DNA of 64,000 nt from Alphaproteobacteria bacterium (GTDB taxonomy: Bacteria; Pseudomonadota; Alphaproteobacteria; SP197): contig OZ245842.1 in assembly GCA_965228895.1 (NCBI GenBank), forward strand, positions 320,001 to 384,000, in the 5' to 3' direction. The position numbers and the translations under genes are program-made. Positions 1 through 10,084 of the stretch are shown here, piece by piece. Under the pieces are notes generated by a model. The model ran no database searches. It was not told the DNA's origin and was given only the letters and a program-made list of their open reading frames with translations. Numbering within the stretch: position 1 is the stretch's first letter; every line of letters starts with the position of its first letter.

Positions 1-125
1 TGCCGCCGAGCATGTCGAGGGCGATCAGACCGGCATGATGTAGCAGCCCCCGGTCGGATTTGTGACCTGACGGTTCCGCGTGAACGAGTGCTCGGTCATG
101 TCGATCGCCGACCAGGCGCGCCGCG

Positions 126-1610
126 TTACGGCGCGTGATACCGTCTTGCCATCTCCTTGACCTTCGTGCGGTCGAGCTTGCCGACGGGGGTCGTCGGCAG
201 TGTCGCGACGACAATGACGTGTTCCGGTGCCCGCCAGGTGATCTGCTCCTGCGAAAACGCGATGAGCTCGCTCTCCGTCGGTGGTGGTGCGTCGGGGTCG
301 AGGCTGACATAGGCCCAGACGTTCTCGCCGTGTAGATGATCGAGAACGCCGACGGCGGCAGCACCCGTGACGGCCGGGTGTGCCAGCAACGACTCCTCGA
401 CCTCTTGCGGACTGATGTTGACGGCATCGTGCAGGATGATCTGCTTGCTGCGGCCCCGGAAATAGACGAAACCCTCGTCGTCGAACGCCATCAGATCACC
501 GCTATAGAGCCAGCCGTCCTGCATGACCTCGGCGGTCGCATCCGGCCGTCCCCAGTAGCCGGTCGTCAGGGCCTTGGAACGGACCGTCAGCTCGCCTGTC
601 TGGCCGGCCGGCAGGATCTCGCCGGCTTTGTCTCTCAGGGCCAGTTCGTAGCCCGGTGCGACTCTGCCGAGGGCATCCTCGGCGGTCGCGCCCTTCGGCA
701 TCATGATGGCGGAGCCGATTTCGGTCATGCCGTAGGCTTCGCGAATGGCCGAGCCGGTCAGGCCGTGAAACTCGTCCTTCACCATCTTCGATGCTTTGTC
801 GCCGGCAACACTGAAGAGGCGAACGGACTCAAAGTCGCTGTGCGTCGCTTTGACGTGATGAAAGAAGGAGACGCAGACCGGCGACACCATAAAGACGATG
901 GTCGGACGGCGTTGACGCAGGAGAGCGAGGACACCGTCCAAATCGGACGCGCGGCCAACGATCGCCGAGGCTCCGGCCGCCAAGACCGCGAGATTGTACA
1001 TGACGCCAACCGCGAAGGATAACGTGCTTGTGCCCAGATAGATGTCGTCGTCACGGAGGTCGTGGCTCTTTTGAAGACTGGCAATAACCCAGCCCAGGGA
1101 ATCGCGCGTGTGCGTCACACCTTTCGGCGTTCCCGTGCTGCCGGACGTGAAGATAACCAGCGCGTTCGCCTGTTGGGGGAGGTCTTGCGGCACACGGTCC
1201 CCGCTCCCGGCAGCGAGCATGTCTTCGAGGTTGGATCCCGTACGCTCGGGGTCGCCGTAGCGGATCAGGTGTTGTTCGATACGGCCGAGTTCGTTGAGAT
1301 GGTCCAGCTCACCTTCGCGTTCCGCAAGGTAGAGCAGCGCCGAGGCTCCGGTTTCGCCGATGACGTAGTCGATGAACTGGCCGGACGAACGGTAATGGAT
1401 GGTGGTGATCGTGAGCCCGGCTTTCACGCAGGCGAGGTAATGCAGAACCGTCACCGGGTCGTCGGGCATCAAGGAGGCGATCCTGTCACCCGGCTCCATG
1501 CCAAGCGCCAGATAGCCGTTGGCGAGCGCTGACGTATCGTCATCGAGCTGCCGCCATGTCCACGAACGCGCCGTCCCGATGAGCGCATCGCTATCGGGCT
1601 TGTGCGTCAA
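126..1610 (-). CDS. AMP-dependent acyl-CoA synthetase/ligase (class I adenylate-forming enzyme)
   Basis: AMP-binding signature FTSGSTGTPKG, YGMTE, SGD, GRSK and C-terminal PVGK lysine. Confidence 0.9.
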   Translation of the reverse strand: MTHKPDSDALIGTARSWTWRQLDDDTSALANGYLALGMEPGDRIASLMPDDPVTVLHYLACVKAGLTITTIHYRSSGQFIDYVIGETGASALLYLAEREGELDHLNELGRIEQHLIRYGDPERTGSNLEDMLAAGSGDRVPQDLPQQANALVIFTSGSTGTPKGVTHTRDSLGWVIASLQKSHDLRDDDIYLGTSTLSFAVGVMYNLAVLAAGASAIVGRASDLDGVLALLRQRRPTIVFMVSPVCVSFFHHVKATHSDFESVRLFSVAGDKASKMVKDEFHGLTGSAIREAYGMTEIGSAIMMPKGATAEDALGRVAPGYELALRDKAGEILPAGQTGELTVRSKALTTGYWGRPDATAEVMQDGWLYSGDLMAFDDEGFVYFRGRSKQIILHDAVNISPQEVEESLLAHPAVTGAAAVGVLDHLHGENVWAYVSLDPDAPPPTESELIAFSQEQITWRAPEHVIVVATLPTTPVGKLDRTKVKEMARRYHAP

Positions 1611-1891
1611 GCCGTGCTGAAGAACATCGCCGAGCGGAAAGGGATCCGCCAGAGGTTCGCCCTTGAGAATTACGACAGGATCTCCTCAAAAAACATCGTG
1701 TCGACCCACTTCAGCCGCACCGCATGCCCGCTCGATCGGATCCAGGATACGATGTCGGAAGGACCGGTCAACCGAGCCGATCCGGTTTCGACGAACACGT
1801 GGGCGGATCCTGAGGGCGGTGACGCCATCATGATCGCCGGCGCCAGGGGTATCTTGCCGCGGCCCCATCAGCCAAGGTAAACAAGGCGCGG

Positions 1892-1968
1892 GGGCCTGTA
1901 GTTCAATTGGTTAGAACCCACCGCTCATAACGGTGTTGTTGCAGGTTCGAGTCCTGCCGGGCCCACCA
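1892..1968 (+). tRNA. tRNA with CAT anticodon, most likely tRNA-Ile2 (lysidine-modified); integration target of the island
   Basis: GGGCCTG/CGGGCCC acceptor stem, D-arm, CACCG-CTCATAA-CGGTG anticodon arm, GGTTCGAGTCC T-loop, encoded CCA. Paired G1-C72 argues against initiator Met. Confidence 0.93.
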
Positions 1969-2270
1969 ACTAGTCTGCCGGTTTCGGGTATCGTCCCCGA
2001 TCACACCGCAGAACCGCACAGTTCTGGGGGTTTCCGGGGCAGATGAGGCTCAGGATGTTGTCCGGAGACGCCTATCGGTCGCGAAACAGCCGCGAAGTGG
2101 GCAATAGTCTCTGTTCGCCATTTTAGACGATCACACTTCCAAATCGGTGTCTGGTCCAACGCGATCCATCGATCGGCAGTTGCCTCGATTCTGCCGAGGG
2201 CATGCTTGCAGGTGTAACCTGAATCGTAGTTGGGCTGTGGGGGATACTATCGGAGCCGAAGCTATCGTTA

Positions 2271-3980
2271 CTACTTCGGTTCTTCGAACCCGAGGAGGCG
2301 GCGCTGTTGGCGCCAGCAGGAGGGAAGGGGTGTTGCGCGCTTCAGCTTTTCCCAGGTCAGGTCAGTCGGCTGCCTTCCTGCAACGATCGCCTCGACGATA
2401 TCGGGCGCAAGGAAAGCCAACGGCAGCGTGCGGCTTACGTTGCATCTCGGTAGTCCCTCAGATGCCGCCAGTTCCTGAATGCTCGCGGCGTCGCCGGACG
2501 TGAGCTTCCTAAACCAGTTATGGGCGTTGGCGACTGCACCGATGAGTTTGCTGTCGGGATTGACCTGATCAGTCATACTCTTGTTGAGGACGATCTTGGT
2601 TTCGACACCGCGGCGTCGCAGGGTGAACGGAACGTCCAGGGTCTTGGCTTCTGAGTTGTTCCTGTCTGTGTCGCCTTCGTCTGTGGCACTACTAAGCCCA
2701 GTTAAGCCAGGCTGCTCAAGAAGCCTGATGCGCATGTGTCCTCGACAAATGTCGATCCGCTCTACAATCCGACGAAGGGCGGCTCTCTGTTCGGTAGGGT
2801 GATTGCTGGAGAGCTGTTGACGCAGGTCTTCGGAATTTTGTCGGGCGCGATGCAGTGTGTGGAGCTCGCAGTCGTTGTTCGCCCGTTGGCCGACATTGAG
2901 CTCAGTGTTGGTCAGATGCTCAGTAACGGCCTGAAGGACACTGCGTTCGAGCTCATGCGCCGGCAACCGCCAGCCGTCTTGGCCATCCGAATGTGTCTGC
3001 ATGAGCCTGTGCGAGATGTAGTAGCGATACCGTCTTCCCTTCTTCGTCGCATGGGAAAGTGACAATCGGTCGCCGGTATCGTCAAAAACGAGGCCACTCA
3101 GGAGACTTCTCTCGGTCGCGTTCTTCGCCTGATGGCGGCCCACCGTGTTCGAGGTCAGACGCTTGCTTACCGCGTTCCAATGAGCTTGATGGATGATGGC
3201 ATCGTGCTGACCGGGGAACCTCTCACCCCGGTGACGGATCTCTCCAACATAGACCGGATTGGACAAGAGAGCGTAGAGATGGCCGCGAGAGAATGGCTTC
3301 CCGCCGACAGTTCGCCCATCTTTGTACGTGTACAGTTTGGTGCGGAGGCTGAGGTTGTCCGCCGTGATTTTCAAACCGCGCACGCTGCCGACTTCCAGAT
3401 AGAGATCGAAGAGTTGCTTCACCACGCGTGCTTCGGCGACGTTGACGACAAGCTGCTTGTCCTCCACGTCATAGCCGAGCGGCGGAACTCCGCCCATCCA
3501 CATGCCCTTCCTCTTCGATGCCGCAATCTTATCCCGGATCCGTTCGGCGGTGACCTCACGCTCGAACTGGGCAAAGGACAGGAGCACGTTCAACGTCAGG
3601 CGACCCATGGATGTCGTCGTGTTGAACTGCTGGGTCACCGCCACGAACGACACGTCGTGCCGATCGAACACCGAGACCATCTTTGCGAAGTCCATGAGGG
3701 AACGTGTCAAGCGATCGATCTTGTAGACGACAACCACGTCGACCTTGCCGGCCTCAATGTCGCCGAGAAGTCGTTGCAGTCCCGGGCGTTCCATATGCCC
3801 GCCCGAGACGCCACCGTCGTCATAGCGTTTGGACGTTGACCTCCATCCCAGGCCGGCCTGAGATGTAACGAAGGCCTCGCATGCTTCGCGCTGGGCGTCG
3901 AGCGAATTGAAGTCCTGATCGAGACCTTCCTCCGTCGACTTTCTGGTGTAGATGGCACACCTGCTCCTCGACTTTGTCAT
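2271..3980 (-). CDS. Large serine recombinase (resolvase + recombinase domains)
   Basis: CAIYTRKS catalytic Ser motif, YDDGGVSG, VYKIDRLTRS, FAQFERE, GLYLE/LSNPVYVGEI recombinase domain; ATG 3980 overlaps the DUF2924 stop. Confidence 0.93.
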   Translation of the reverse strand: MTKSRSRCAIYTRKSTEEGLDQDFNSLDAQREACEAFVTSQAGLGWRSTSKRYDDGGVSGGHMERPGLQRLLGDIEAGKVDVVVVYKIDRLTRSLMDFAKMVSVFDRHDVSFVAVTQQFNTTTSMGRLTLNVLLSFAQFEREVTAERIRDKIAASKRKGMWMGGVPPLGYDVEDKQLVVNVAEARVVKQLFDLYLEVGSVRGLKITADNLSLRTKLYTYKDGRTVGGKPFSRGHLYALLSNPVYVGEIRHRGERFPGQHDAIIHQAHWNAVSKRLTSNTVGRHQAKNATERSLLSGLVFDDTGDRLSLSHATKKGRRYRYYISHRLMQTHSDGQDGWRLPAHELERSVLQAVTEHLTNTELNVGQRANNDCELHTLHRARQNSEDLRQQLSSNHPTEQRAALRRIVERIDICRGHMRIRLLEQPGLTGLSSATDEGDTDRNNSEAKTLDVPFTLRRRGVETKIVLNKSMTDQVNPDSKLIGAVANAHNWFRKLTSGDAASIQELAASEGLPRCNVSRTLPLAFLAPDIVEAIVAGRQPTDLTWEKLKRATPLPSCWRQQRRLLGFEEPK

Positions 3981-4423
3981 AGTCCGAAGAACCTCGGGCC
4001 GGACCAACGGGTTCCGGTGATCTCTCTCGCAATCGCTGATAACGAGCGATAGCGTCGACCGTCCCAAACAAACCCATCGTCGACGACATCGACGCTAAAG
4101 ACTTGGCCGTTCCATTCTCTGACCAGGCGCATCCCCGGCTTGGTCACAGGTGGTTGGGCACTCACTTGATTCGAGCGACGTGAACTCTTGCGAGACGGTC
4201 GGAATGACCGGAGGTCTTTCCTTGTCTTGATGCTTAGGCCGCCGAAGGTGTCGACCTGGGCCTGATAGGCGGCCGCCCGCTCGAGAAGCAAGGTGCTAAT
4301 GCCCTTGGGCGGGCGGCGTTTGTGGATCGCTGTCCACCTCTCAACAAGCGATTTCCTGGTTTCATCTGGTGACGGTGCAGCGTCGACACCCTCATGGTCA
4401 GGACTGGAGAGTGTCGATGTCAT
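3977..4423 (-). CDS. DUF2924 domain protein
   Basis: PGMRLVREWNG...YRSLSAIAREITGTRWSGPRFFGL; canonical position upstream of this recombinase type. Confidence 0.88.
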   Translation of the reverse strand: MTSTLSSPDHEGVDAAPSPDETRKSLVERWTAIHKRRPPKGISTLLLERAAAYQAQVDTFGGLSIKTRKDLRSFRPSRKSSRRSNQVSAQPPVTKPGMRLVREWNGQVFSVDVVDDGFVWDGRRYRSLSAIAREITGTRWSGPRFFGL

Positions 4424-4698
4424 TTGGCGCCACCCCGCTTCGCAAGCCTGTATCTCGTGGCGCCATGGTCATCTTTGAACCTCTCGATTGCGTGTCCCTT
4501 CTTGCGCAAACCCGTTAGCGCAGCTCGCAGGCTGTGCGGTTGCCAGCCGATACTCTCTTGCAGCTCGGAGATGCTGGTTCCTTTCGGTCGGGCCAATTGG
4601 CGCAGGACTGTGGATTCCTTAGTTTCTGGTCTTGTCTTTTCCTTCCTTTTGGCCCGTTTGCCATGTTGCAGTGCGGTTCTCTTGCGTGTTGCCGGCAT
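4420..4698 (-). CDS. DUF3489 domain small winged-helix protein
   Basis: GWQPHSLRAALTGLRKKG motif; GGAG before ATG 4698 (ORF extends to 4743). Confidence 0.82.
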   Translation of the reverse strand: MPATRKRTALQHGKRAKRKEKTRPETKESTVLRQLARPKGTSISELQESIGWQPHSLRAALTGLRKKGHAIERFKDDHGATRYRLAKRGGAK

Positions 4699-4883
4699 TT
4701 TGATCTCCATCCGCTTGCGCCTGCGGAAGACAAGCGCTTCCACTGCTCTAAGCCCGGCATTTTGAGCGAAGATGGCCGGGCTGGCGGCTTATGCAGGCGT
4801 TTTCGGATGACTGGTTGCCGCCGCGCAAGCAGCATCCATGCTTGCAATTGCAAAGAAGTCCAGCCGACTGTGAGAAGTATGTT

Positions 4884-6341
4884 CTAGCGTGGCATGGCGA
4901 GGCCTGGGGTCCAATATGGCCCTCCCTCATCATCACCCCAATCGGCTTCAAACCCACTCAATTGGTTGTCACTGACCCATTTCAGGAACTGCGAGAGACT
5001 GTCGACCTGATCGTCGTGACGACTTCCGGGGAACGCCAGGATCTCTTCGAGGAACGTCGCAAGCCACGCCGCTTCGCGGGGCAGATAGACTTGGCCCGCC
5101 TCGATTCTGGCGCATTGAGCGTGCATTCGCATGACCTTGTCGCCTTCCGGCTTGAAGGCGATAGGGTGGACAGTGCCTTCCCTCCGGAGGTCCTGAATGA
5201 GCGACGTGCCGGAAGCTCTGTCTTCGATGATGACAACTTCTGCTCGATGAGTTTGGGCGAGATCCGAGACCAAGGCTTTGAGCGATGGATAGTCGACGCG
5301 TTTGCGCGTGACGTCCTTCAGATAGTACTTGCCGTTTGATTCGAGCCACGTGGTACAAACGGATGGGTCATTGCGCTCTTCGGGTTTGTTTGCCGTATCC
5401 CAGCTCTGGATTGTCCGAACGGTCCAACCAGGCTCAGGCAACACGTGATAGTACTGAAACCACTCCCGCTTGACCATGTTGCCGCCTTCAGGCACCGGAC
5501 GCTGAAGATACTGAGCAGAGAATTGCTCCGTCCCCAGGGCTCTCATCATCATTTCGAGTGTCTCGCGCGACTCACGGCCTGGATGGAGAACATCGCCGGG
5601 CTCGCGATGAAAGCTATCTCCGTGACCAAGGGGGACGTCTTGTGTCTCCTGAGCGATCGCCGGAAGATCGAGATGAGTCCAATCGTCTCGTTCTCTCAGT
5701 AAGATGTTGCCGACCAAATCGTCGACATGCAGCCGTTGCATCACAATGATGATGCGATCTTCGTTCTTGTTGTTAAGGCGAGAAAGAAGCGCCCCGCGGT
5801 ACCAGTCGTTTGCGTGGTCACGCGCGACCTTTGACATGGCCTCGTCTGCCTTGAGTGGATCGTCAACAATGATCAGGTTGCCGCCTCGACCGGTCAACGT
5901 TCCGCCTACCGAGGTCGCGAGCCGAAAACCGCCCTTGGTCGTTACGTACTCCGTCGTCGTATGCTTTAACGCCCTGGTGTTCGGAAACAGATCTCTGTAC
6001 CAATCGGAATCGACAACTCGACTGAAGTCTCGACTGAACTTATCAGCCAACTCCTGCGAGTAGCTGGCACAGATGATCTGGCGAGTGGGCTGGTGGCCCA
6101 AGATCCACGCGGGAAGGGCTATCGACGAACATGTCGATTTCAGATTCCGCGGAGGCATGGTGATCATCAAACGTTTGATGTCACCGTTCGCACATCGTTC
6201 AACAAAGTGGGAAATTGCATCGATGTGCCAATTGTGAAGGAAAGGGGTGCCAGGTGACAGTGTTTGACACACGCGCTGGATGAATGCCGGAAGGCTATGG
6301 CGCAAGCCAGCTCTTAGGATTTCGCGATCAGTCATCCCCAT
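4884..6341 (-). CDS. Phage terminase large subunit-like protein (ATPase + RNase H-like nuclease)
   Basis: MPPRNLKS Walker A variant, IIVDD Walker B, MQRLH, QSWDTA and HDDQVDS nuclease motifs. Confidence 0.85.
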   Translation of the reverse strand: MGMTDREILRAGLRHSLPAFIQRVCQTLSPGTPFLHNWHIDAISHFVERCANGDIKRLMITMPPRNLKSTCSSIALPAWILGHQPTRQIICASYSQELADKFSRDFSRVVDSDWYRDLFPNTRALKHTTTEYVTTKGGFRLATSVGGTLTGRGGNLIIVDDPLKADEAMSKVARDHANDWYRGALLSRLNNKNEDRIIIVMQRLHVDDLVGNILLRERDDWTHLDLPAIAQETQDVPLGHGDSFHREPGDVLHPGRESRETLEMMMRALGTEQFSAQYLQRPVPEGGNMVKREWFQYYHVLPEPGWTVRTIQSWDTANKPEERNDPSVCTTWLESNGKYYLKDVTRKRVDYPSLKALVSDLAQTHRAEVVIIEDRASGTSLIQDLRREGTVHPIAFKPEGDKVMRMHAQCARIEAGQVYLPREAAWLATFLEEILAFPGSRHDDQVDSLSQFLKWVSDNQLSGFEADWGDDEGGPYWTPGLAMPR

Positions 6342-6771
6342 CGCTCTTGCCCCCCTCGCAATCGGCATCGCCGGTGTTCGAACTAGCTTTTTGGTGCTGT
6401 TTTACCCTCCGCATGATGTCGGCTTCCAGTGTCTCGAGAACCGCTTGCTCGTCGTCCGTCAATGGCTGGTCCGCATTCCCGCTATCGTCGAGATCGAGCA
6501 AGCGCTGCATCATGTTGTAGATCAACAGCATTGCCCGAGTGTCACCCTTGATGCTGCGGGCCATCAGGCTCTTCACCATGGCGCGTTGTTTGGTGATCTT
6601 TCTTTGCGATGAGCCCTCCTTTATGAGCACGCGTTCTTCGAGCTCTTCAACTAGATCGGTCTTGAGGTTCTTGGTGCCCTTGGGCCGCCCTTTCGAGTTG
6701 CCAGATTGGCCCTTCTTGAATTGCGCATGCTTAGGTGGGCGCTTGAATCCAACTTCGTAGTCATCGACCAT
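6328..6771 (-). CDS. DUF5681 domain protein (terminase small-subunit-like position)
   Basis: YEVGFKRPPKHAQFKKGQSGNSKGRPKG motif. Confidence 0.85.
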   Translation of the reverse strand: MVDDYEVGFKRPPKHAQFKKGQSGNSKGRPKGTKNLKTDLVEELEERVLIKEGSSQRKITKQRAMVKSLMARSIKGDTRAMLLIYNMMQRLLDLDDSGNADQPLTDDEQAVLETLEADIMRRVKQHQKASSNTGDADCEGGKSDGDD

Positions 6772-8161
6772 GGGTCGCCCTCCCTTTTGGCTCAGGGATT
6801 ACTGACGGGTCCGACTTGTTAGATCCGGCTCGGCTAGTCAGGACATTCTCGAAGGACTGGCCGCTGTGCTTATGCACGGCGACGGCACCAAATGCGTCTT
6901 GATAGCGGAGGATGCTGCTGTCCACGTAGTACGGATCTAGCTCCATCGTATAGGCACGACGGCCAGTCGCTTCGGCTGCGATGAGCGTTGTGCCGCTTCC
7001 GGCGAAACAGTCGAGAATGATCCCATTCCTATCGGAGCAGTCGAGCATGGCGTCGACCACCATTTGGACCGGTTTAACGGTCGGGTGGATCGGCAATGTC
7101 TTGGAACGGTCATCGCCAAACGTGTTGGCACCAGGGTAGTCCCACACATTCGTTCGGTTTCGGCCAAAACGCCCAAGCTGAACGTTGTTTACGTGAGGTG
7201 CCGTGCCACTCTTGAAGACAAATACAAGCTCATGCTTGGAACGATAGAGGGATCCCATGCCGCCGTTCGTTTTGTTCCAGATGCAAAGGTTCTGGAAGCT
7301 GTCATAGATGCCCCGCGCTGCGGCCGTGATCTCATAGGTATGGCGCCAGTCCATGCAGACGAAGTGAATCGCACCGTCCTTGGCAAACTTAACGACGTTG
7401 TTGAACGCCGATGACAGAAAGGAGACGAACTCACCTTCCGACATCTCGCCCGAGGCCATGACGAATTCCCCGTGTTTAATGTCTCCGAGACCGCTGACGT
7501 TGCCGGCAATCGGAACGTTGTAGGGCGGGTCGATGAAGACCATCTGTGCCTCCTCGCCATTCATCAGTTCGGCAAATGAGTTTGGCTTCGTGGCATCACC
7601 ACACATGAGCCGATGACGTCCAAGAAGCCAGACATCGCCCGGTTGACTTATCGGCGCGGCCGAACGATCGACGTCAGGGATGTTGTCGAGGGCTGGGTCA
7701 GTGTTGTCGTCCACACTGCCGATGTAGAGATCGAGCTCCGGCGTCTCAAACCCCGTAACGGTCAGATCGAGTTCGGTTTCAAACTGGACCAAGTCCCGCA
7801 GTTCCAGGGCAAGGATTTCAACATTCCAGCCGGCATTGTCAGCGATTTTGTTGTCGGCAAGACGAAGCGCTCGTTTCTGAGCGTCTGTTAAACCGCTGAT
7901 TCTAATAATCGGTACAGTCGGCATGCCGAGCGACTTGGCGGCTTCGATCCGACCATGACCGGCGATAATCGCAAGCTTCTCGTCCGTTAGGACGGGATTT
8001 GTGAAACCAAACTCTCGGATGCTCTTTTCGATCTGCTCAAGCTGCTTCTGAGAGTGTGCCCTGGCATTGTTCAAATAGGGCGTCAGCGATGCAGTTGATA
8101 CAAACTCCACATGTAAATCTCGAAGGCGGTCTACCGTGCATTTAGCGAAGGTGCTTTTCAT
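6761..8161 (-). CDS. ParB N-terminal domain-fused N4/N6 DNA methyltransferase
   Basis: NARAHS/FGFTNPVL/IIAGHGR ParB motifs; DPPY, HPTVKP and DCFAGSGT methylase motifs. Confidence 0.9.
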   Translation of the reverse strand: MKSTFAKCTVDRLRDLHVEFVSTASLTPYLNNARAHSQKQLEQIEKSIREFGFTNPVLTDEKLAIIAGHGRIEAAKSLGMPTVPIIRISGLTDAQKRALRLADNKIADNAGWNVEILALELRDLVQFETELDLTVTGFETPELDLYIGSVDDNTDPALDNIPDVDRSAAPISQPGDVWLLGRHRLMCGDATKPNSFAELMNGEEAQMVFIDPPYNVPIAGNVSGLGDIKHGEFVMASGEMSEGEFVSFLSSAFNNVVKFAKDGAIHFVCMDWRHTYEITAAARGIYDSFQNLCIWNKTNGGMGSLYRSKHELVFVFKSGTAPHVNNVQLGRFGRNRTNVWDYPGANTFGDDRSKTLPIHPTVKPVQMVVDAMLDCSDRNGIILDCFAGSGTTLIAAEATGRRAYTMELDPYYVDSSILRYQDAFGAVAVHKHSGQSFENVLTSRAGSNKSDPSVIPEPKGRATHGR

Positions 8162-8565
8162 GGCTCACCTACCTCCGCGGCAACCGTGTTGCTCGAACAA
8201 CTCTGGAAGAAATCGTAGAATCTGAGAATCTTGTCCTCCCAGGGGCCACGACGGAACGAAACGAGGTCGACGTATCCCTCATTGTTCCACTCGAGGTTAA
8301 GAACCTTTCCCCCGTACTGTTCGTCCCAGATGTCGAGACCATATCCGAGATAGACGAACTGCTGACCATCTCGCGCGACCATCGCCATCATCTCGCGAAC
8401 AGATTTCGGTAGCTCGATCGGTGGCGTGCGATAGGAAATCGTGATGCCGTCAAACTTTAGTGTGAGCTGATGACCAGGCACATCTGCAACAGGCAGCCCT
8501 TCGAACTTGAGGACTAGCAACGCCGAATCTCGTATCGCCACGGCATCGTTCAAACGCTTACTCAT
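8158..8565 (-). CDS. Hypothetical protein, first gene of the core operon
   Basis: AAGGAGA RBS before ATG 8565; stop overlaps the methylase start (ATGA). Confidence 0.65.
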   Translation of the reverse strand: MSKRLNDAVAIRDSALLVLKFEGLPVADVPGHQLTLKFDGITISYRTPPIELPKSVREMMAMVARDGQQFVYLGYGLDIWDEQYGGKVLNLEWNNEGYVDLVSFRRGPWEDKILRFYDFFQSCSSNTVAAEVGEP

Positions 8566-9008
8566 TGTAGTATCTCCTTTGAGTCTTGATGCGGGGCTTT
8601 CGCGTGGCGCAGGCATCGCAGAATACCGTGTTGCACGACCGATCCGCTGTGCCGTTGGGCCACGTTTGGTCCCCTCGTTAAGGGGCGGCTGCGCGAAGCA
8701 ATGCCCCTATAACTAACCAAAATATTTAACGAATCTGAGAAACCCGGTCGGATGTGAAGGGGTTCTGGCCGTCCAATCCCCATGGGGCGGGGATTAGAGC
8801 GTCAAGCCGTTTCTGGGCGAATCTGTCACAGGGCAGGAGGTCGTGAGCCTCATTAGGTGTGTTTTGATGGACGCGATCGTATCGAGACAAAGCACCACGA
8901 TAATCCGACGGTCGGCGAGATTGCTCTCGTCCAAACACCCCTCTTTCCCGCTTCACCTTTGGTGCCAACGAAGCTAGCTTTGCCAGTGGAGCCGCCACGC
9001 ACGGCTCT

Positions 9009-9154
9009 GGGGCTTAGAAAACCCCGCATAGAGCGGTTGTCGCTGACCGTAACAGCGACGCTCCTGACTTATGGTCGGGGTGCCTGTGGTTATACAACAG
9101 GCCCTCCGGCTAAAGGCCACAGGGGCCGTCTCTATGCGGTTTTTCTAACGCCCC
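9009..9154 (+). ncRNA. Candidate structured RNA: long closing stem with three internal hairpins
   Basis: 9009-9037 pairs with 9125-9154; internal stems GTCGCTG/CAGCGAC, TCCTGAC/GTCGGGG, CCTGTGG/CCACAGG; G-U pairs favour the + strand. Confidence 0.5.
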
Positions 9155-9235
9155 GATCACCAGTCGGTCTGAAGCCATCTTGCGATAGGCGTATCGCAAG
9201 CTCTGGTTTCCTTCGATTGGAGGTACGGGGCCACC

Positions 9236-10084
9236 ATGCCGCCGACCAGCATTTTCGAGGGAACGGACGAAATCGTCTCAAATGCCTTCGAGTTCCAACC
9301 TGGAGATTCCCTCAAGCACAAGTCGGTCTCGCGCCGCTTCAACGATCTTCCCGCGAACCATCCAGCCTTCGAGCGCTTGATCCCTAGGCTCTACGCCAGG
9401 ATTGAGGAGAATTGGTCGGGGCGAACACCATCCCCAGAGAATTGGCGCCTGGAGCTGCAGACCTACGTTGGAGAACGCAACACCAGCCCTGAGGTGCTGC
9501 TGGAGCGAGCCATAGCTGTACTGGCAGGCCGCGGGATCTTGAACGGTTGGTTCAACCAGATCCCTGTTGCATCCGGTCTTATTGACGAGCACGCGGACAA
9601 GCGGGCTGCCGTCGATCTTGTTCACGTACAGGGGCGTGAAGCCAATCTTGTCGAGTTGAAGTGGGAAAGCGACACACCTGTCTACGCAGCCTTTGAGATC
9701 TTGCGGTACGGGCTGGCCTTTCTCTTCTGTTATGAGAACCGAAAGAGATTTGGATACAGCGAGAATGGGCTCTTAGGTTGCAGCGCGGTCAAACTTAGCG
9801 TTCTGGCGCCTCAACCTTACTTCGAAACCTATGATCTTGCGAGCTTCGGACGCCAACTCAGCGCCGCCGCCCATAGATTTGTCGCTGATAGAACACGCGG
9901 CCGGTTGTCGATGACATTTCGCTTCGACCACCTCGCTGCGGGGTTCTCAATTCCCGTTCGGAGCGGTGCGGATGTGGCAATGCTGGGAAGTTCCATGTCG
10001 CACGCGGGTTGTGGCCAATCACTGAAGCAAGCACTCGACGGCATCGGCCCAGTCTGGGCGTGCTCGCCGGGAGAACGCCGTTGA
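9236..10084 (+). CDS. Putative PD-(D/E)XK (NucS/restriction-endonuclease-like) nuclease
   Basis: E...NQIP...VDL...VELK...EILRY pattern; GGAGG RBS upstream. Confidence 0.55.
   Translation: MPPTSIFEGTDEIVSNAFEFQPGDSLKHKSVSRRFNDLPANHPAFERLIPRLYARIEENWSGRTPSPENWRLELQTYVGERNTSPEVLLERAIAVLAGRGILNGWFNQIPVASGLIDEHADKRAAVDLVHVQGREANLVELKWESDTPVYAAFEILRYGLAFLFCYENRKRFGYSENGLLGCSAVKLSVLAPQPYFETYDLASFGRQLSAAAHRFVADRTRGRLSMTFRFDHLAAGFSIPVRSGADVAMLGSSMSHAGCGQSLKQALDGIGPVWACSPGERR

Noticed and set aside
4884-6771. Intact prophage
   Set aside because: Terminase-like genes only; no portal, capsid, tail or lysis genes
9009-9154. Retron msr-msd interpretation of the structured element
   Set aside because: No reverse transcriptase (YxDD-type) ORF is recognisable in the window
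8857-9387. 176-aa ORF across the structured element
   Set aside because: No RBS or motifs, atypical composition, and it overlaps the better-supported 9236 gene
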